NCBI GenBank assembly: GCA_036560885.1
Contig: DATBQJ010000146.1
Span: 1 to 63,979 of the forward strand
Direction of reading: 5' to 3'
Length of the DNA stretch: 63,979 nucleotides
Source of the DNA: Methylocella sp.
GTDB lineage: Bacteria; Pseudomonadota; Alphaproteobacteria; Rhizobiales; Beijerinckiaceae
The notes beneath the pieces are model-generated. The model worked only from the letters and a program-made list of their open reading frames with translations. It made no database searches and had not been told where the DNA came from. This document shows, piece by piece, positions 40,294 through 50,809 of this stretch (positions within the stretch are counted from its first letter, which is position 1; each line of letters begins with the position of its first letter). The position numbers and the translations under genes were made by a program.

Positions 40294-41529
40294 CTATTCC
40301 AATTCCGGGGTTTCGTCAAAAAGCCTTCGATGCTCCGCAACGGCATAGCGGTCGGTCATTCCGGCGATGTAATCGCAAATAAGCCGCGCCCGGCGAGCTT
40401 CGCCGGCGCCCGCCTTGGCGGCGGCCTCCGCCCAATCGGCCGGCATCGGTTCCTGGGCCGTAAAAAACCAAGAAAAAAGATCGCGAACGATCAGGCCCGC
40501 TTGCTCGCGAATACGGACGAACCGTTGATGCCGGTACATGTTTTTTAGCAGAAAGCTTCTGATCGACTTATCGGCGCTCAACGCCGCCGGCGAAAACCCT
40601 ATTAGGGGCGCGCGTTGAGAGTGCACGTCCTCGACGCTCGCGACCCTGGAGGCTGCGATTCGCCGCCGGCTCTCGGCAATCGCGTCCTCGATAAAAAACG
40701 CGATCAGCCGGCGCACCAATTCGTGAACGGCACGGACCAGTTCGAGGCCAGGATGAAGCGCCGCGATCTCACCATTGATATCACGGAGGAAATCGGTTTC
40801 GTCAATTTGGGCAAAATCGATGAGGCCCGCGTGCAAGGCGTCGTCGAGGTCATGCGCGTTATAGGCGATGCCGTCGGCGAGTGCCGCGGCCTGTGCCTCG
40901 GCGGAAGCAAAACGCGCAAGTTCGAGATTATGAACAGAATTGTATTCAAGGATCGCGGCGGGAAGTCCGCGTTTCGCATATCGCGCAGCCACTTTGCCAT
41001 CGGCGTGCAAAAGCGGGCCATTATGCTTGACGAGCCCTTCCAGGGTTTCCCAAGTTAGATTGAGTCCATCGAAGGCCGCGTAACGGCGTTCGAGCTTGGT
41101 GACAATGCGCAGCGCCTGTGCATTATGATCGAAGCCGCCGTAAGGAGCCATCAGTTCGTCGAGCACATCCTCGCCGGTGTGGCCAAACGGCGTGTGGCCT
41201 AGATCATGCGCAAGCGCAAGCGCCTCGGCGAGATCGTCGTCGAGGCCGAGCGCGCGGGCAAGCGTGCGCGCGATTTGACCAACTTCGAGCGAATGCGTGA
41301 GCCTGGTACGGAAATGGTCTCCCTCGTGCGGAACGAAGACCTGCGTCTTGTGGGCCAGCCTGCGGAACGCTGTACAATGGAGGATGCGGTCGCGGTCGCG
41401 CTGAAAAACCGAGCGCAATGGGGAATGAGGCTCCGCAATCAACCGTCCGCGGCTTTGTGCCGCATTGGTGGCGTATGGAGCGCGCGGGAGAACGCCAGCG
41501 AAATCGGGAGAAAAGTGGCAGACTGGCAT
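40294..41529 (-). CDS. dgt: Deoxyguanosinetriphosphate triphosphohydrolase
   Basis: [37 protein letters not shown]; start uncertain. Confidence 0.93.
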   Translation of the reverse strand: MPVCHFSPDFAGVLPRAPYATNAAQSRGRLIAEPHSPLRSVFQRDRDRILHCTAFRRLAHKTQVFVPHEGDHFRTRLTHSLEVGQIARTLARALGLDDDLAEALALAHDLGHTPFGHTGEDVLDELMAPYGGFDHNAQALRIVTKLERRYAAFDGLNLTWETLEGLVKHNGPLLHADGKVAARYAKRGLPAAILEYNSVHNLELARFASAEAQAAALADGIAYNAHDLDDALHAGLIDFAQIDETDFLRDINGEIAALHPGLELVRAVHELVRRLIAFFIEDAIAESRRRIAASRVASVEDVHSQRAPLIGFSPAALSADKSIRSFLLKNMYRHQRFVRIREQAGLIVRDLFSWFFTAQEPMPADWAEAAAKAGAGEARRARLICDYIAGMTDRYAVAEHRRLFDETPELE

Positions 41530-41653
41530 GCAAACCTGAATTGTGCCGCGCGACACGTTGCAGCGGCGGGCCTCCGGGCGTATTTATTTCAAGAGGAGGC
41601 AAGCGGGTCCCGCGTGCCGTTTGATCCTTAACGTGCCTTTCGAGGTATTCAAA

Positions 41654-41998
41654 ATGACCGAAGCCACCGTGGACGCCCCTGTTGAACTTACCGGAAACGC
41701 CGCGCGGCGCATCGCGGAGATTTTGAAGAGCGAACCGTCGGGTTCGTTTCTGCGCATCGGCGTCGATGGCGGCGGATGCTCGGGGTTTACCTATACCTAT
41801 AACATTTCGGCGGAACAATCCGCCGGCGATCTCGTGATCGAGCGCGACGGTGCGACGGTTGCGATTGATCCGGTCTCACTCGATCTGCTGCGCGGATCAA
41901 GGATTGATTTCATCGACGATTTGATGGGCCGGATGTTCAAAATCGACAATCCGGCGGCGACGGCGTCCTGTGGTTGCGGATCGAGCTTCGCTATCTAG
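41654..41998 (+). CDS. erpA: A-type Fe-S carrier (ErpA-like)
   Basis: GGGCSGF and NPAATASCGCGSSF; divergent from dgt. Confidence 0.85.
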   Translation: MTEATVDAPVELTGNAARRIAEILKSEPSGSFLRIGVDGGGCSGFTYTYNISAEQSAGDLVIERDGATVAIDPVSLDLLRGSRIDFIDDLMGRMFKIDNPAATASCGCGSSFAI

Positions 41999-42227
41999 TG
42001 TTCAGGCCCGTTTTTGGCCGTTTCACCGGCGCCGAAGTCGCCAGCCTTCGCGAAAGCAGGCGCGCCGATTATGAACGTTTGCCGGAAGGCAGGACCGCGA
42101 TTTTCAGCAGGCTTATCTTGGAAGCGGAAAAACCGACTTGTTCATGCCCCGGTTTTACGGAAATTCCGGGCTTTCCATAGCCATGCCGGTCCAATCCATA
42201 GCTAAGAGCATGTTTCAAAATCCTCGC

Positions 42228-42336
42228 TTTTATCTTGAGGAGCCCAAGAAGTGGGCGTCTCGAAGGATACGCCGCGAGGTCCCCGGGCGCCCTCGCCCTT
42301 CGAGACGCTTGCTCCGCAAGCTCCTCAGGGTGAAGG
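42228..42336. repeat. Rhizobial palindromic (RIME/RPE-like) intergenic element
   Basis: Nested inverted repeats TGAGGAGC...GCTCCTCA and GCGTCTCGAAGG...CCTTCGAGACGC. Confidence 0.75.
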
Positions 42337-42345
42337 TTTGGGTTC

Positions 42346-45300
42346 GTGATTGATCTTGAACGCGTGGCCGCCAGACTCGTCAAGGGTGGCTCGCTCACGC
42401 TCTCCTCCGTGGCGGACGGTTTCGACGCTTTCTGCGTTGCTGATCTCGCCCACGCGCTGGCGAAAGACGCGGAAAGCCGGGCTGTCGCGCTCATACATGT
42501 CGCGCGCGACGGCCAGCGCGCCCGTGCCTTCGGCGAGACGCTGGGTTTCGCCGCGCCGGACATCGAGGTCCTCGATTTTCCAGCCTGGGATTGCCAGCCC
42601 TACGACCGTATATCGCCCGATACCGCGATTTCGGCGCGCCGCATCGTCGTCCTCTCGCGTCTTGCCCGTTCCCGCTCCGCATTGGAGCGGCCGCGGATTC
42701 TGTCCACCACGGTGAATGGCCTGGTCCAGAGGGTGGCGCCCCTTAGCACTATCGCGGCCGGCACGTTTTCAGCCGCGCCGGGCAATGTGGTCGATCGGGA
42801 CGCGCTGGTAAACTGGCTCGAAACCAATGGCTTCGCGCGGGCATCGAGCGTGCGCGACACTGGCGAATATGCCGTGCGTGGCGGCATCCTCGATCTTTTT
42901 CCGCCCGGAATGCCGCGGCCCATGCGCCTCGATTTTTTCGGCGATGCGCTCGAATCGATCCGCACCTTCGATCCTGAAACGCAACGCACGACCGGCCAGC
43001 TCCGCGCGCTCGATCTCGTGCCGATGAGCGAAGTGCAATTGACGAGTGAATCGATGCGGCGGTTTCGCCAGGCCTATGTCGCGCATTTCGGCGCGCAGAC
43101 GCGCGGCGACGCGCTGTACGAAGCCGTCAGCGAAGGCCGCCGCCATCAAGGTTTCGAACATTGGCTGCCGCTGTTTTACGAAAAGCTCGACACATTGTTC
43201 GATTATTGCGCCGGCGCTCCTTTGACCTTCGATCCACTCGCCGAGGCGGCGGCGAGCGAGCGTTTCGCGCAAATCGAGGATTATTTTAGCGCACGGAAAA
43301 GTGCGCATGATGCCGATCCCAATTGTTCAACCTATAAGCCACTCCCGCCCACCGCCCTCTATCTTGCCGAGCCCGAGTGGCGCGCGCGCATCGGTGCGGC
43401 AAGCGCCGTATCTTTGTCGCCCTTCGCGCAGCCGGAAACCGGCGAGGGCCTCGCCGTCGATTGCGGCTCGAAACCCGGCCGCAATTTCGCTACCGAGCGC
43501 GCCGATCCAAACGCCAATGTCTTTTCCGCTGCCATCGGCCATATGCGCGCGCTGCAAGCAGGCGGCAAGCGGGTTGTTCTCGCCGCTTGGTCGGACGGCT
43601 CGCGCGAGCGGCTCGCTCATGTCCTCGCGGACCACGGCTTTGCTAGCACGGCGCCGGTGTCCTCGCTTGCGCAAGCCCTTGCGCTTTCGCCAGCCACAGT
43701 GGCGCTCGCCGTTATTGGCGTCGAGCAAGGCTTCGAGGCGCAAGATCTGGCGCTTATCGGCGAACAGGACATCTTGGGCGATCGGCTGGCCGGAGGCCGC
43801 CGCAAGCCGCGCCACGCCCAGGATTTTTTGACCGAAGCAGGTGCGCTCACGGCGGGCGACATTGTCGTCCATATCGATCATGGGATCGCGCGTTTCGCTG
43901 GGCTGAAGGCGATCGAGGCGGCGGGCGCCCCGCATGACTGCCTCGAACTGCATTATGCCGAGGGCGCCAAGCTTTTTCTGCCGGTCGAAAATCTCGAGCT
44001 TTTGTCGCGCTACGGCTCCGAGGAGGCAGAGGTCGAACTCGACAGATTGGGTGGCGCGGGTTGGCAGAAGCGCAAGGCGCGTATGCGCAAGCGCATTCTC
44101 GAAATGGCGGCGGGCCTAATTAAGATTGCCGCGGCGCGACAGACCAAGGCAGCCCCGAAACTCGTTCCACCGGAAGGTCTTTATGCGGAATTCTGCGCGG
44201 GCTTTCCTTATGAAGAAACCGGCGACCAGCAGGCCGCGATCGACGCAGTCTTGGACGACATGGCGTCCGGCAGGCCAATGGACCGCCTCGTCTGCGGCGA
44301 TGTCGGTTTCGGCAAGACCGAGGTGGCCCTGCGCGCGGCCTTCGCTGCTTCGATCGAAGGCAAGCAAGTCGCCGTGATCGTGCCGACGACGCTTCTCGCC
44401 CGTCAGCATTACAAGAATTTCGCCGCGCGGTTCGCGCATTTGCCGGTCAAGATCGCGCAAATGTCGCGGATGGTCGGCACCGCCGAGCTTAAATCCGCCA
44501 AGCTTGGCGCCGCCTCCGGCGAGATCGATATCATCGTTGGCACCCATGCGGTGCTTGGGAAGGGTGTGAGCTTCAAGGATCTCGGTCTCGTCGTCATCGA
44601 CGAAGAGCAGCATTTCGGCGTCAAGCACAAGGAGCGCCTCAAGGAATTGCGCGCCGAGGTCCATATCTTGACCTTGTCGGCGACGCCTATTCCGCGCACC
44701 CTGCAGCTTGCCCTGACCGGTGCGCGCGAACTCTCGATCATCGCGACCCCGCCGGTCGACCGGCTGACGGTCCGGACCTTTATATCGCCGTTTGACGAAC
44801 TTCTCGTGCGGGAAGCGCTGCTGCGCGAGAGATATCGCGGCGGCCAGAGCTTTTATGTTTGTCCGCGGATCGACGACATCGCGGCCGCAAGCGCTTTCCT
44901 GCGGCAAAATGTTCCGGAAATTAAATTCGTGGTTGCGCATGGCCAGTTGGCGGCAGCCGAACTCGAAGCCAGGATGGCGGCGTTCTACGACGGCCAATAT
45001 GATGTGCTGCTTTCGACGGCGATCGTCGAATCCGGCCTCGATATTCCCACCGCCAATACGCTCGTCGTGCATCGCGCTGACATGTTCGGTCTCGCCCAGC
45101 TTTATCAATTGCGTGGCCGGGTCGGGCGCGCGAAAATCCGCGCCTATGCGCTGTTCACGGTGCCCCCCAACCGCACTATGACACCGCAGGCCGAACGGCG
45201 TCTCAAGGTGCTGCATGCGCTCGATACACTTGGTGCCGGATTCGAACTTGCGAGCCATGATCTCGATATTCGCGGCGCCGGAAATCTGCTCGGCGACGAA

Positions 45301-45867
45301 CAGTCGGGTCATATCAGAGAAGTCGGCTACGAACTCTATCAAGAGATGCTGCGCGAGGCGGTCGAAGCCTTGCGAGCGGGTATCGAGGAACCCGTCGAGG
45401 AGACATGGTCGCCTTCGATCACGCTTGGCACGCCGGTGACGATCCCTGAGGATTACGTCCCCGATCTAAACTTGCGTCTTAGCCTCTACCGCCGCCTGTC
45501 AACGCTTACGTCGGACGCCGACATCGAGGGTTTTGCCGCGGAGATGATCGACCGTTTTGGGCCGCTGCCTGGCGAAGTCCAGGAATTGATGCAATTGGTC
45601 GCGATCAAGGTCTTGTGCCGCGAAGCGCATGTCGAAAAGGTCGAAGCCGGTCCAAAGGGCGTCATTGTCGCATTCCGCGACAATTCTTTCGCCAACCCGC
45701 AAGGACTTGTGCGCTACATCGCCGAGCAAGGTCCGCAAGCCAAGGTGCGGCCGGACAGAAAAATCGTTTTCGTGCGCGATTTTGAGACGAAAGCCGCCAG
45801 GTTGGTGGGCACTAGGCAAATTTTGCACACGCTCGCGGCAATCGCAGCGAAAAAGAGGGCCGCGTGA
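42346..45867 (+). CDS. mfd: Transcription-repair coupling factor
   Basis: RGGILDLF, MDRLVCGDVGFGKTEVA, DEEQHFGV, QLRGRVGR and TRCF C-terminus. Confidence 0.97.
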   Translation: MIDLERVAARLVKGGSLTLSSVADGFDAFCVADLAHALAKDAESRAVALIHVARDGQRARAFGETLGFAAPDIEVLDFPAWDCQPYDRISPDTAISARRIVVLSRLARSRSALERPRILSTTVNGLVQRVAPLSTIAAGTFSAAPGNVVDRDALVNWLETNGFARASSVRDTGEYAVRGGILDLFPPGMPRPMRLDFFGDALESIRTFDPETQRTTGQLRALDLVPMSEVQLTSESMRRFRQAYVAHFGAQTRGDALYEAVSEGRRHQGFEHWLPLFYEKLDTLFDYCAGAPLTFDPLAEAAASERFAQIEDYFSARKSAHDADPNCSTYKPLPPTALYLAEPEWRARIGAASAVSLSPFAQPETGEGLAVDCGSKPGRNFATERADPNANVFSAAIGHMRALQAGGKRVVLAAWSDGSRERLAHVLADHGFASTAPVSSLAQALALSPATVALAVIGVEQGFEAQDLALIGEQDILGDRLAGGRRKPRHAQDFLTEAGALTAGDIVVHIDHGIARFAGLKAIEAAGAPHDCLELHYAEGAKLFLPVENLELLSRYGSEEAEVELDRLGGAGWQKRKARMRKRILEMAAGLIKIAAARQTKAAPKLVPPEGLYAEFCAGFPYEETGDQQAAIDAVLDDMASGRPMDRLVCGDVGFGKTEVALRAAFAASIEGKQVAVIVPTTLLARQHYKNFAARFAHLPVKIAQMSRMVGTAELKSAKLGAASGEIDIIVGTHAVLGKGVSFKDLGLVVIDEEQHFGVKHKERLKELRAEVHILTLSATPIPRTLQLALTGARELSIIATPPVDRLTVRTFISPFDELLVREALLRERYRGGQSFYVCPRIDDIAAASAFLRQNVPEIKFVVAHGQLAAAELEARMAAFYDGQYDVLLSTAIVESGLDIPTANTLVVHRADMFGLAQLYQLRGRVGRAKIRAYALFTVPPNRTMTPQAERRLKVLHALDTLGAGFELASHDLDIRGAGNLLGDEQSGHIREVGYELYQEMLREAVEALRAGIEEPVEETWSPSITLGTPVTIPEDYVPDLNLRLSLYRRLSTLTSDADIEGFAAEMIDRFGPLPGEVQELMQLVAIKVLCREAHVEKVEAGPKGVIVAFRDNSFANPQGLVRYIAEQGPQAKVRPDRKIVFVRDFETKAARLVGTRQILHTLAAIAAKKRAA

Positions 45868-46019
45868 GGCTCAAAGTGGATGCCGCTAACCGGCAAGCTT
45901 GCGGCGGCGAACCGGAGGAAAGGCCAGCACTTCGTAAGAAGGCTCTCAAAAACCGTCATTCCCATGCTATATAAGGATCAGCAAATCAAGTTTATCGTTG
46001 GGACGTTTGGAGGGTAGGG

Positions 46020-46397
46020 ATGGCGAATCCCCAATTTGCAGTCTTGTCACTGACGGAAGCCGCCGCGGCCCGTGCGCGAAAACTTATCGACGCCGCTGGG
46101 CGGCCGGTCGCAGGGTTGCGGGTCGGGATCAAGAAGGGCGGCTGCGCTGGCATGACTTACACGATGGATCTCGCCAGCGACGTTCAGGCGACCGATGAAG
46201 TCATCGAGGACCAGGGCGTGAAAATCCTCATTTCGCCGAAAGATTTGATGTTTTTGCTCGGCACCAAGCTCGATTTCGAGACCGGTAAATTGCAGGCAAG
46301 CTTCACCTTTCAGAACCCGAATCAGACGGGAGCGTGCGGCTGCGGGGAATCGGTTTCGATCGCGCCGGCGGGCGAGGCTCAGGGTAAGGCCGTTTAA
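46020..46397 (+). CDS. A-type Fe-S assembly accessory protein (SufA/IscA-like)
   Basis: GIKKGGCAGM and NPNQTGACGCGES. Confidence 0.9.
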   Translation: MANPQFAVLSLTEAAAARARKLIDAAGRPVAGLRVGIKKGGCAGMTYTMDLASDVQATDEVIEDQGVKILISPKDLMFLLGTKLDFETGKLQASFTFQNPNQTGACGCGESVSIAPAGEAQGKAV

Positions 46398-46455
46398 TAG
46401 GGACTCCCCATCCTGCCGCCCGCGTCGCTTGGCCGCATCGCATGGACATCGGAAC

Positions 46456-47436
46456 ATGGCGAACGAACGACTGCTTCGGCTGAAGACAGGAGCTATTGAC
46501 GAAACGCGGAAACTATTCGGGATATTTATTTATCTTTGGGTTCTGTTGAGTTTGTTTTCTCTTCATAAAGCGCTCGTCTTGAATGACGAGAGCCTACTTT
46601 ACCATCAAGGGTTTGCTATTATTAACGCATTGGCCTTGGCAAAGGTCATTTTGGTGGCAGAGATTTTTCATGTCGGAGACAATTTAGAAAATAGACCGCT
46701 CATCTATACAATCATGTTCAAGTCTGCCATTTTTGCAGTGATACTGATATGCTTCCATATAATCGAGGATTCGCTTATCGGAATATTTCATGGCAAGACG
46801 GTTTCCCAAAGCATTTCCGAAATCGGCGGCGGAAAGCTGCAGGGAATATTCATGATTGGAATCATCATGTTTGTCGTGTTGATGCCTTTCTTCGCCTTCC
46901 GGGAACTCGACCGGGCTATCGGGCCGGAACAATTGCACTCCCTCTTGTTTGGAATAAAAACCAAGTCCGTCACAGGTCCACCGGTTATGCAGGCACCGGC
47001 AATGCCGGAAACCGGCAAAGACGACCATTATAATCTACAGCGTTTTGTTGACGCGCAAAGTCAAGTGTTCGAGGAAGTATGCGCGGAACTAAGGGAAGGA
47101 TACAAAAGTGGACATTGGATGTGGTTTATCTTTCCGCAGATTGAAGGTCTAGGCTCCAGCCAGCTAGCACGGAAATTCGCGATTTCTTCTCGTGAGGAAG
47201 CTGAGGCCTATTTGATTCACCCAATTCTTGGGCCAAGACTGCGACACTGTACTCGTTTAATAACCCTCGTAGAGGGACGTTCGATTGACCAGATCTTCGG
47301 TTACCCCGATGATCTCAAATTCCATTCTTCCATGACATTGTTTGCCAATGCCACTTCTGACAATCAGGTGTTTAAGAATGCCTTGCACAAGTATTTTGGA
47401 GACGAACAGGACCGCTTGACGCTCGAGCGACTGTGA
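46456..47436 (+). CDS. Membrane domain fused in frame to a DUF1810 domain
   Basis: About four N-terminal TM segments, then YNLQRFVDAQ...K.GHWMWFIFPQ...HPILGPRL...KFHSSMTLF. Confidence 0.78.
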   Translation: MANERLLRLKTGAIDETRKLFGIFIYLWVLLSLFSLHKALVLNDESLLYHQGFAIINALALAKVILVAEIFHVGDNLENRPLIYTIMFKSAIFAVILICFHIIEDSLIGIFHGKTVSQSISEIGGGKLQGIFMIGIIMFVVLMPFFAFRELDRAIGPEQLHSLLFGIKTKSVTGPPVMQAPAMPETGKDDHYNLQRFVDAQSQVFEEVCAELREGYKSGHWMWFIFPQIEGLGSSQLARKFAISSREEAEAYLIHPILGPRLRHCTRLITLVEGRSIDQIFGYPDDLKFHSSMTLFANATSDNQVFKNALHKYFGDEQDRLTLERL

Positions 47437-47651
47437 TCGTTGTCCAAGTTAGCTCGCCGCCCGTTAAGATTTCATCCATCATTGACTAGGCGTATATTTG
47501 CGGTGCAGCTAATTGTTCATGTTTTCCGCGTTTAATACCACCCACCTTAGACTTGACCTGTGCCTGTTGGCGGGATGTGATCGAGGCGATGGCTACGCTT
47601 CGCCTCCTGCCAGCCTTCCGCAAGGTTTTCCGGTTAGCAGGGAATTCTGAA

Positions 47652-47969
47652 TTACTTGGCCGACCCAGGTCCACCTGCTCCCGTCAAGGCGACGCGGCGC
47701 CGGCGAGGCATGGTTTCGACAATCACCGCTCGCGCGGTTCGTTCGCGGCCGCTGGAGGTAACGATTTCGGCGCTGTTGCGAGAGGGCCCCATCTTCAACA
47801 GCTCGGCGCGCACCGCGTCCACCGGCAGGTCCATCAGTGAGGCGGCGATTTCGGCCTGCGCATGAATTTCGCTGGTCAACCCGCGCGCCGCCGCAATCGC
47901 TTCCTTCAGCGTAGGTGGATCGAAACGAACCCGCCTAGTCCCATATTTCGTATTCCAAACCTCAGACAT
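47652..47969 (-). CDS. Conserved hypothetical protein
   Basis: WNTKYGTRRVR.DPPTL.EAIAAA.GL...EIAASLM pattern; basic tail. Confidence 0.65.
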   Translation of the reverse strand: MSEVWNTKYGTRRVRFDPPTLKEAIAAARGLTSEIHAQAEIAASLMDLPVDAVRAELLKMGPSRNSAEIVTSSGRERTARAVIVETMPRRRRVALTGAGGPGSAK

Positions 47970-48223
47970 GGTAGCGTTTCCCAATCCGCCCGCGTTAGCT
48001 CATGGTGCGTTGCAATAGAGTATTTTGCAAAGCGCAGGAATTCAAGGCTGCGTGGCCACGTGACGCAAAATGTCTCGTAAAACGAATAACGTTTATCAAA
48101 AGCGCATAGTCATTATATAATTATTTTCTTCATTGTGGAAGCGTAGAGGGACGGTTTTCGCTTCCGGATGGTCGCAGAAAGCTTAAACTTAACATCATAA
48201 AAGCGTTTCGCGATGGCAAGTGT

Positions 48224-48862
48224 CTAGCGCTGGCGACTGGCCAAGCAGGCGCGGGCAAAGGTCCGGAACGCGCGAGCGCGATGCGACAAGGCGGGCGTGT
48301 CATCGGCGGGAATCCCATGTTTCTCTTGCCCCGTCATTTCGCCAAAAGTTCGCGAAAACCCGTCCGGCAAAAAAATCGGATCGTAGCCAAACCCAAGACC
48401 CCCGCGCGGCGGGAAAACGAGTTCGCCGAACACCTTACCCTCGAAACTTTGGGTTTCCCCATCCGGAAAGGCAAGCGCAAGGGCGCTCACGAAATGGGCC
48501 TTGAATGGCGGACGGACGCTTGCCGCTTGCAGCGCCTGTTCGACTTTTTTCATGGCCGCGCCGAAATCCCGCGCGGGCCCCGCCCAGCGGGCGGAATTTA
48601 TGCCCGGCGCGCCATCAAGCGCCTCTACACACAGGCCTGAATCGTCGGCGAGTGCTGGAATTTTGGCGCTATCAGCGGCGGCGCGGGCTTTTATTACGGC
48701 GTTGGCGACAAAGCTCGCGCCGGTTTCTTCCGGCTCCGGCAGGCCGAGCTCCGCGGCCGCGAGCGCCACCACGCCGTAAGGCGCGAGGAGTTCCCGCATC
48801 TCGGCGAGCTTTCCCGCATTATGGGTCGCTATGACGAGCTTTCCTTCGAGCCGGCGCGGCAT
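48224..48862 (-). CDS. rdgB: Non-canonical purine NTP pyrophosphatase
   Basis: [24 protein letters not shown]. Confidence 0.95.
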   Translation of the reverse strand: MPRRLEGKLVIATHNAGKLAEMRELLAPYGVVALAAAELGLPEPEETGASFVANAVIKARAAADSAKIPALADDSGLCVEALDGAPGINSARWAGPARDFGAAMKKVEQALQAASVRPPFKAHFVSALALAFPDGETQSFEGKVFGELVFPPRGGLGFGYDPIFLPDGFSRTFGEMTGQEKHGIPADDTPALSHRARAFRTFARACLASRQR

Positions 48863-48863
48863 A

Positions 48864-49577
48864 TCAGCCGGCCGCGCTCTTCTGCAGCTCCACGAGCTTT
48901 GCGATTCCGGATTTTGCGAGCGCCAGCAAGGCTTGCAACTGAACCTCGGTGAAGACCGCCGCTTCCGCTGTTGCCTGCACCTCGACGAGCGACCCCGCGC
49001 CGGTCATCACGAAATTCGCATCGGTTTCGGCCGCCGAATCCTCTTCGTAATCGAGGTCGAGCACCGCTTCGCCATTCGAAATACCGCAAGAAATCGCCGC
49101 GACATGATCGCGCAAGGGATGATCCTTGACGATCGAGCGGCCGTGCATCCATTTGAGGCAATCGTGCAAGGCGACCCAGGCGCCGGTGATCGCGGCGGTC
49201 CTTGTGCCGCCATCGGCTTGCAGCACATCGCAGTCGAGAGTGATCTGACGTTCGCCCAAGGCTTGCAGATTGGTGACCGCGCGGAGACTCCGGCCAATCA
49301 GCCGTTGAATCTCATGGGTGCGTCCGGACGGTCTGCCGGAGGCGCCTTCGCGGCGCGTGCGCGTGTGGGTTGCCCGTGGCAGCATGCCGTATTCGGCGGT
49401 GATCCAACCGCGTCCCTGACCGCGCAGCCAGGAAGGCGGCTTGTCTTCCAGGGAAGCCGTGCACAGCACATGGGTCAAGCCAAATTTGACGAGGCAAGAG
49501 CCTTCGGCATAGCGCGCGACATTGCGTTCGAGCGAAACGGGCCGCAATTCGCCGGCCGCGCGTTTGGAAGGACGCAT
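48864..49577 (-). CDS. rph: Ribonuclease PH
   Basis: [40 protein letters not shown]. Confidence 0.97.
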   Translation of the reverse strand: MRPSKRAAGELRPVSLERNVARYAEGSCLVKFGLTHVLCTASLEDKPPSWLRGQGRGWITAEYGMLPRATHTRTRREGASGRPSGRTHEIQRLIGRSLRAVTNLQALGERQITLDCDVLQADGGTRTAAITGAWVALHDCLKWMHGRSIVKDHPLRDHVAAISCGISNGEAVLDLDYEEDSAAETDANFVMTGAGSLVEVQATAEAAVFTEVQLQALLALAKSGIAKLVELQKSAAG

Positions 49578-49789
49578 GCAAAACTCCGGTTGAAATGAGG
49601 CTTGCTTCTAGTGGCTCGACGCCAGTCGCGCAACCGGGGGCACGGATCGAGCGGATTGCACCACGGCGCGGCGAGCGGCGAATTCCGGCGACGCGCGGTT
49701 GAAGTAGCATTATTCAAACTCGTTGTGCGGATATAAATAGAGCTGAAGCAAGCGCTGCCGCGCCGGATTTTAACGAGGAGTTCGCCTCC

Positions 49790-50635
49790 TTGAAAAGGTT
49801 TCATGGTTCACACGTCGCGCGGCGGATGAGCGCGGCCGCACAAAGAATGTGTGTTTCGTCCGCCGTATTTCTGGCGGCGCTCTTGTGGGTCTTGCCGTCG
49901 CGGGCGCAGACTTCGCTCGACGAAGCCTACCATGTCATCGCGTCAAAAAATTTCGTTGATCTCACCCACGCTTTTGGCCCTGACACGCCGGTCTGGTCCG
50001 GCTTCGGGCAAGCGCGGATGAGCCCCGCCATCGACCCCAAAACCCGCCAACCCTACACGATCGAGAAGGACGGCTTTCGCGCGACATATTACGAAATGGC
50101 CGGCCAATATGGCACCCACATCGACCCGCCCGCGCATTTTGCGAAAGACGGGATCACAATGGACAAAATCCCGCTTCGCGAGATGATTTTGCCGCTCGTC
50201 GTATTCGACGCGACGCCCTATCTTGGCCTCGATCCGAGCCACGCTTTTTCAGTTGACGATCTCCACGCGTGGGAGGCGCAATATGGCCGTGTGCCGGGCG
50301 GCGCCTTCGCGGCGCTACGAACTGGTATGTCCAAGGAGTTTGAGACGGACCCCGGAAAATTCAAGCGCACGCCATTTCCGGGCTGGTCGCTCGAGGTTGT
50401 AAAATTCCTTGTCGAAGAGCGCGGGATCACGGCGATTGGGCATGAATCTTTAGACGCCGACACGACCGCAAACATGGCGACCGAAACCTATCTTTTGGGA
50501 AGCGGCCATTATCAGATCGAAGTCATGGCCAATCTCGACAAAGTACCGGCCACGGGCGCCTTGATTGTGGTGGTCTGGCCGAAGGTCAAGAACGGTCTTG
50601 GTTTTCCTGCGCGAGCCTTTGCAATCCTGCCGTGA
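49790..50635 (+). CDS. Cyclase family (kynurenine formamidase-like) protein, probably exported
   Basis: VDLTH, GTHIDPPAHF; signal-peptide-like N-terminus. Confidence 0.88.
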   Translation: MKRFHGSHVARRMSAAAQRMCVSSAVFLAALLWVLPSRAQTSLDEAYHVIASKNFVDLTHAFGPDTPVWSGFGQARMSPAIDPKTRQPYTIEKDGFRATYYEMAGQYGTHIDPPAHFAKDGITMDKIPLREMILPLVVFDATPYLGLDPSHAFSVDDLHAWEAQYGRVPGGAFAALRTGMSKEFETDPGKFKRTPFPGWSLEVVKFLVEERGITAIGHESLDADTTANMATETYLLGSGHYQIEVMANLDKVPATGALIVVVWPKVKNGLGFPARAFAILP

Positions 50636-50809
50636 CGCTCAATTGCCGGCAGAATCCGTCTCGCCCGCCTTGGCCAAGACCTTCTCGTCCGGCGAAGGCG
50701 GCTGGCCGATGAAATGCATCTGCGCCCGGTGCTGCGCCGCCATCTCCGGTCTGGCGCCGTTAGGCCGTCATCGGCTCAACGCTGTTGCACGCGAAGATAC
50801 AAAAGGCCG

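Noticed and set aside
40294-41529. dGTPase as an anti-phage nucleotide-depletion system
   Set aside because: Its sequence and divergent pairing with erpA fit the housekeeping alphaproteobacterial dgt.
44116-45342. Long antisense ORFs (also 2972..4072, 23096..24103, 39580..40548, 52824..53783)
   Set aside because: They are shadow frames of well-supported genes in GC-rich DNA and show no recognisable motifs.
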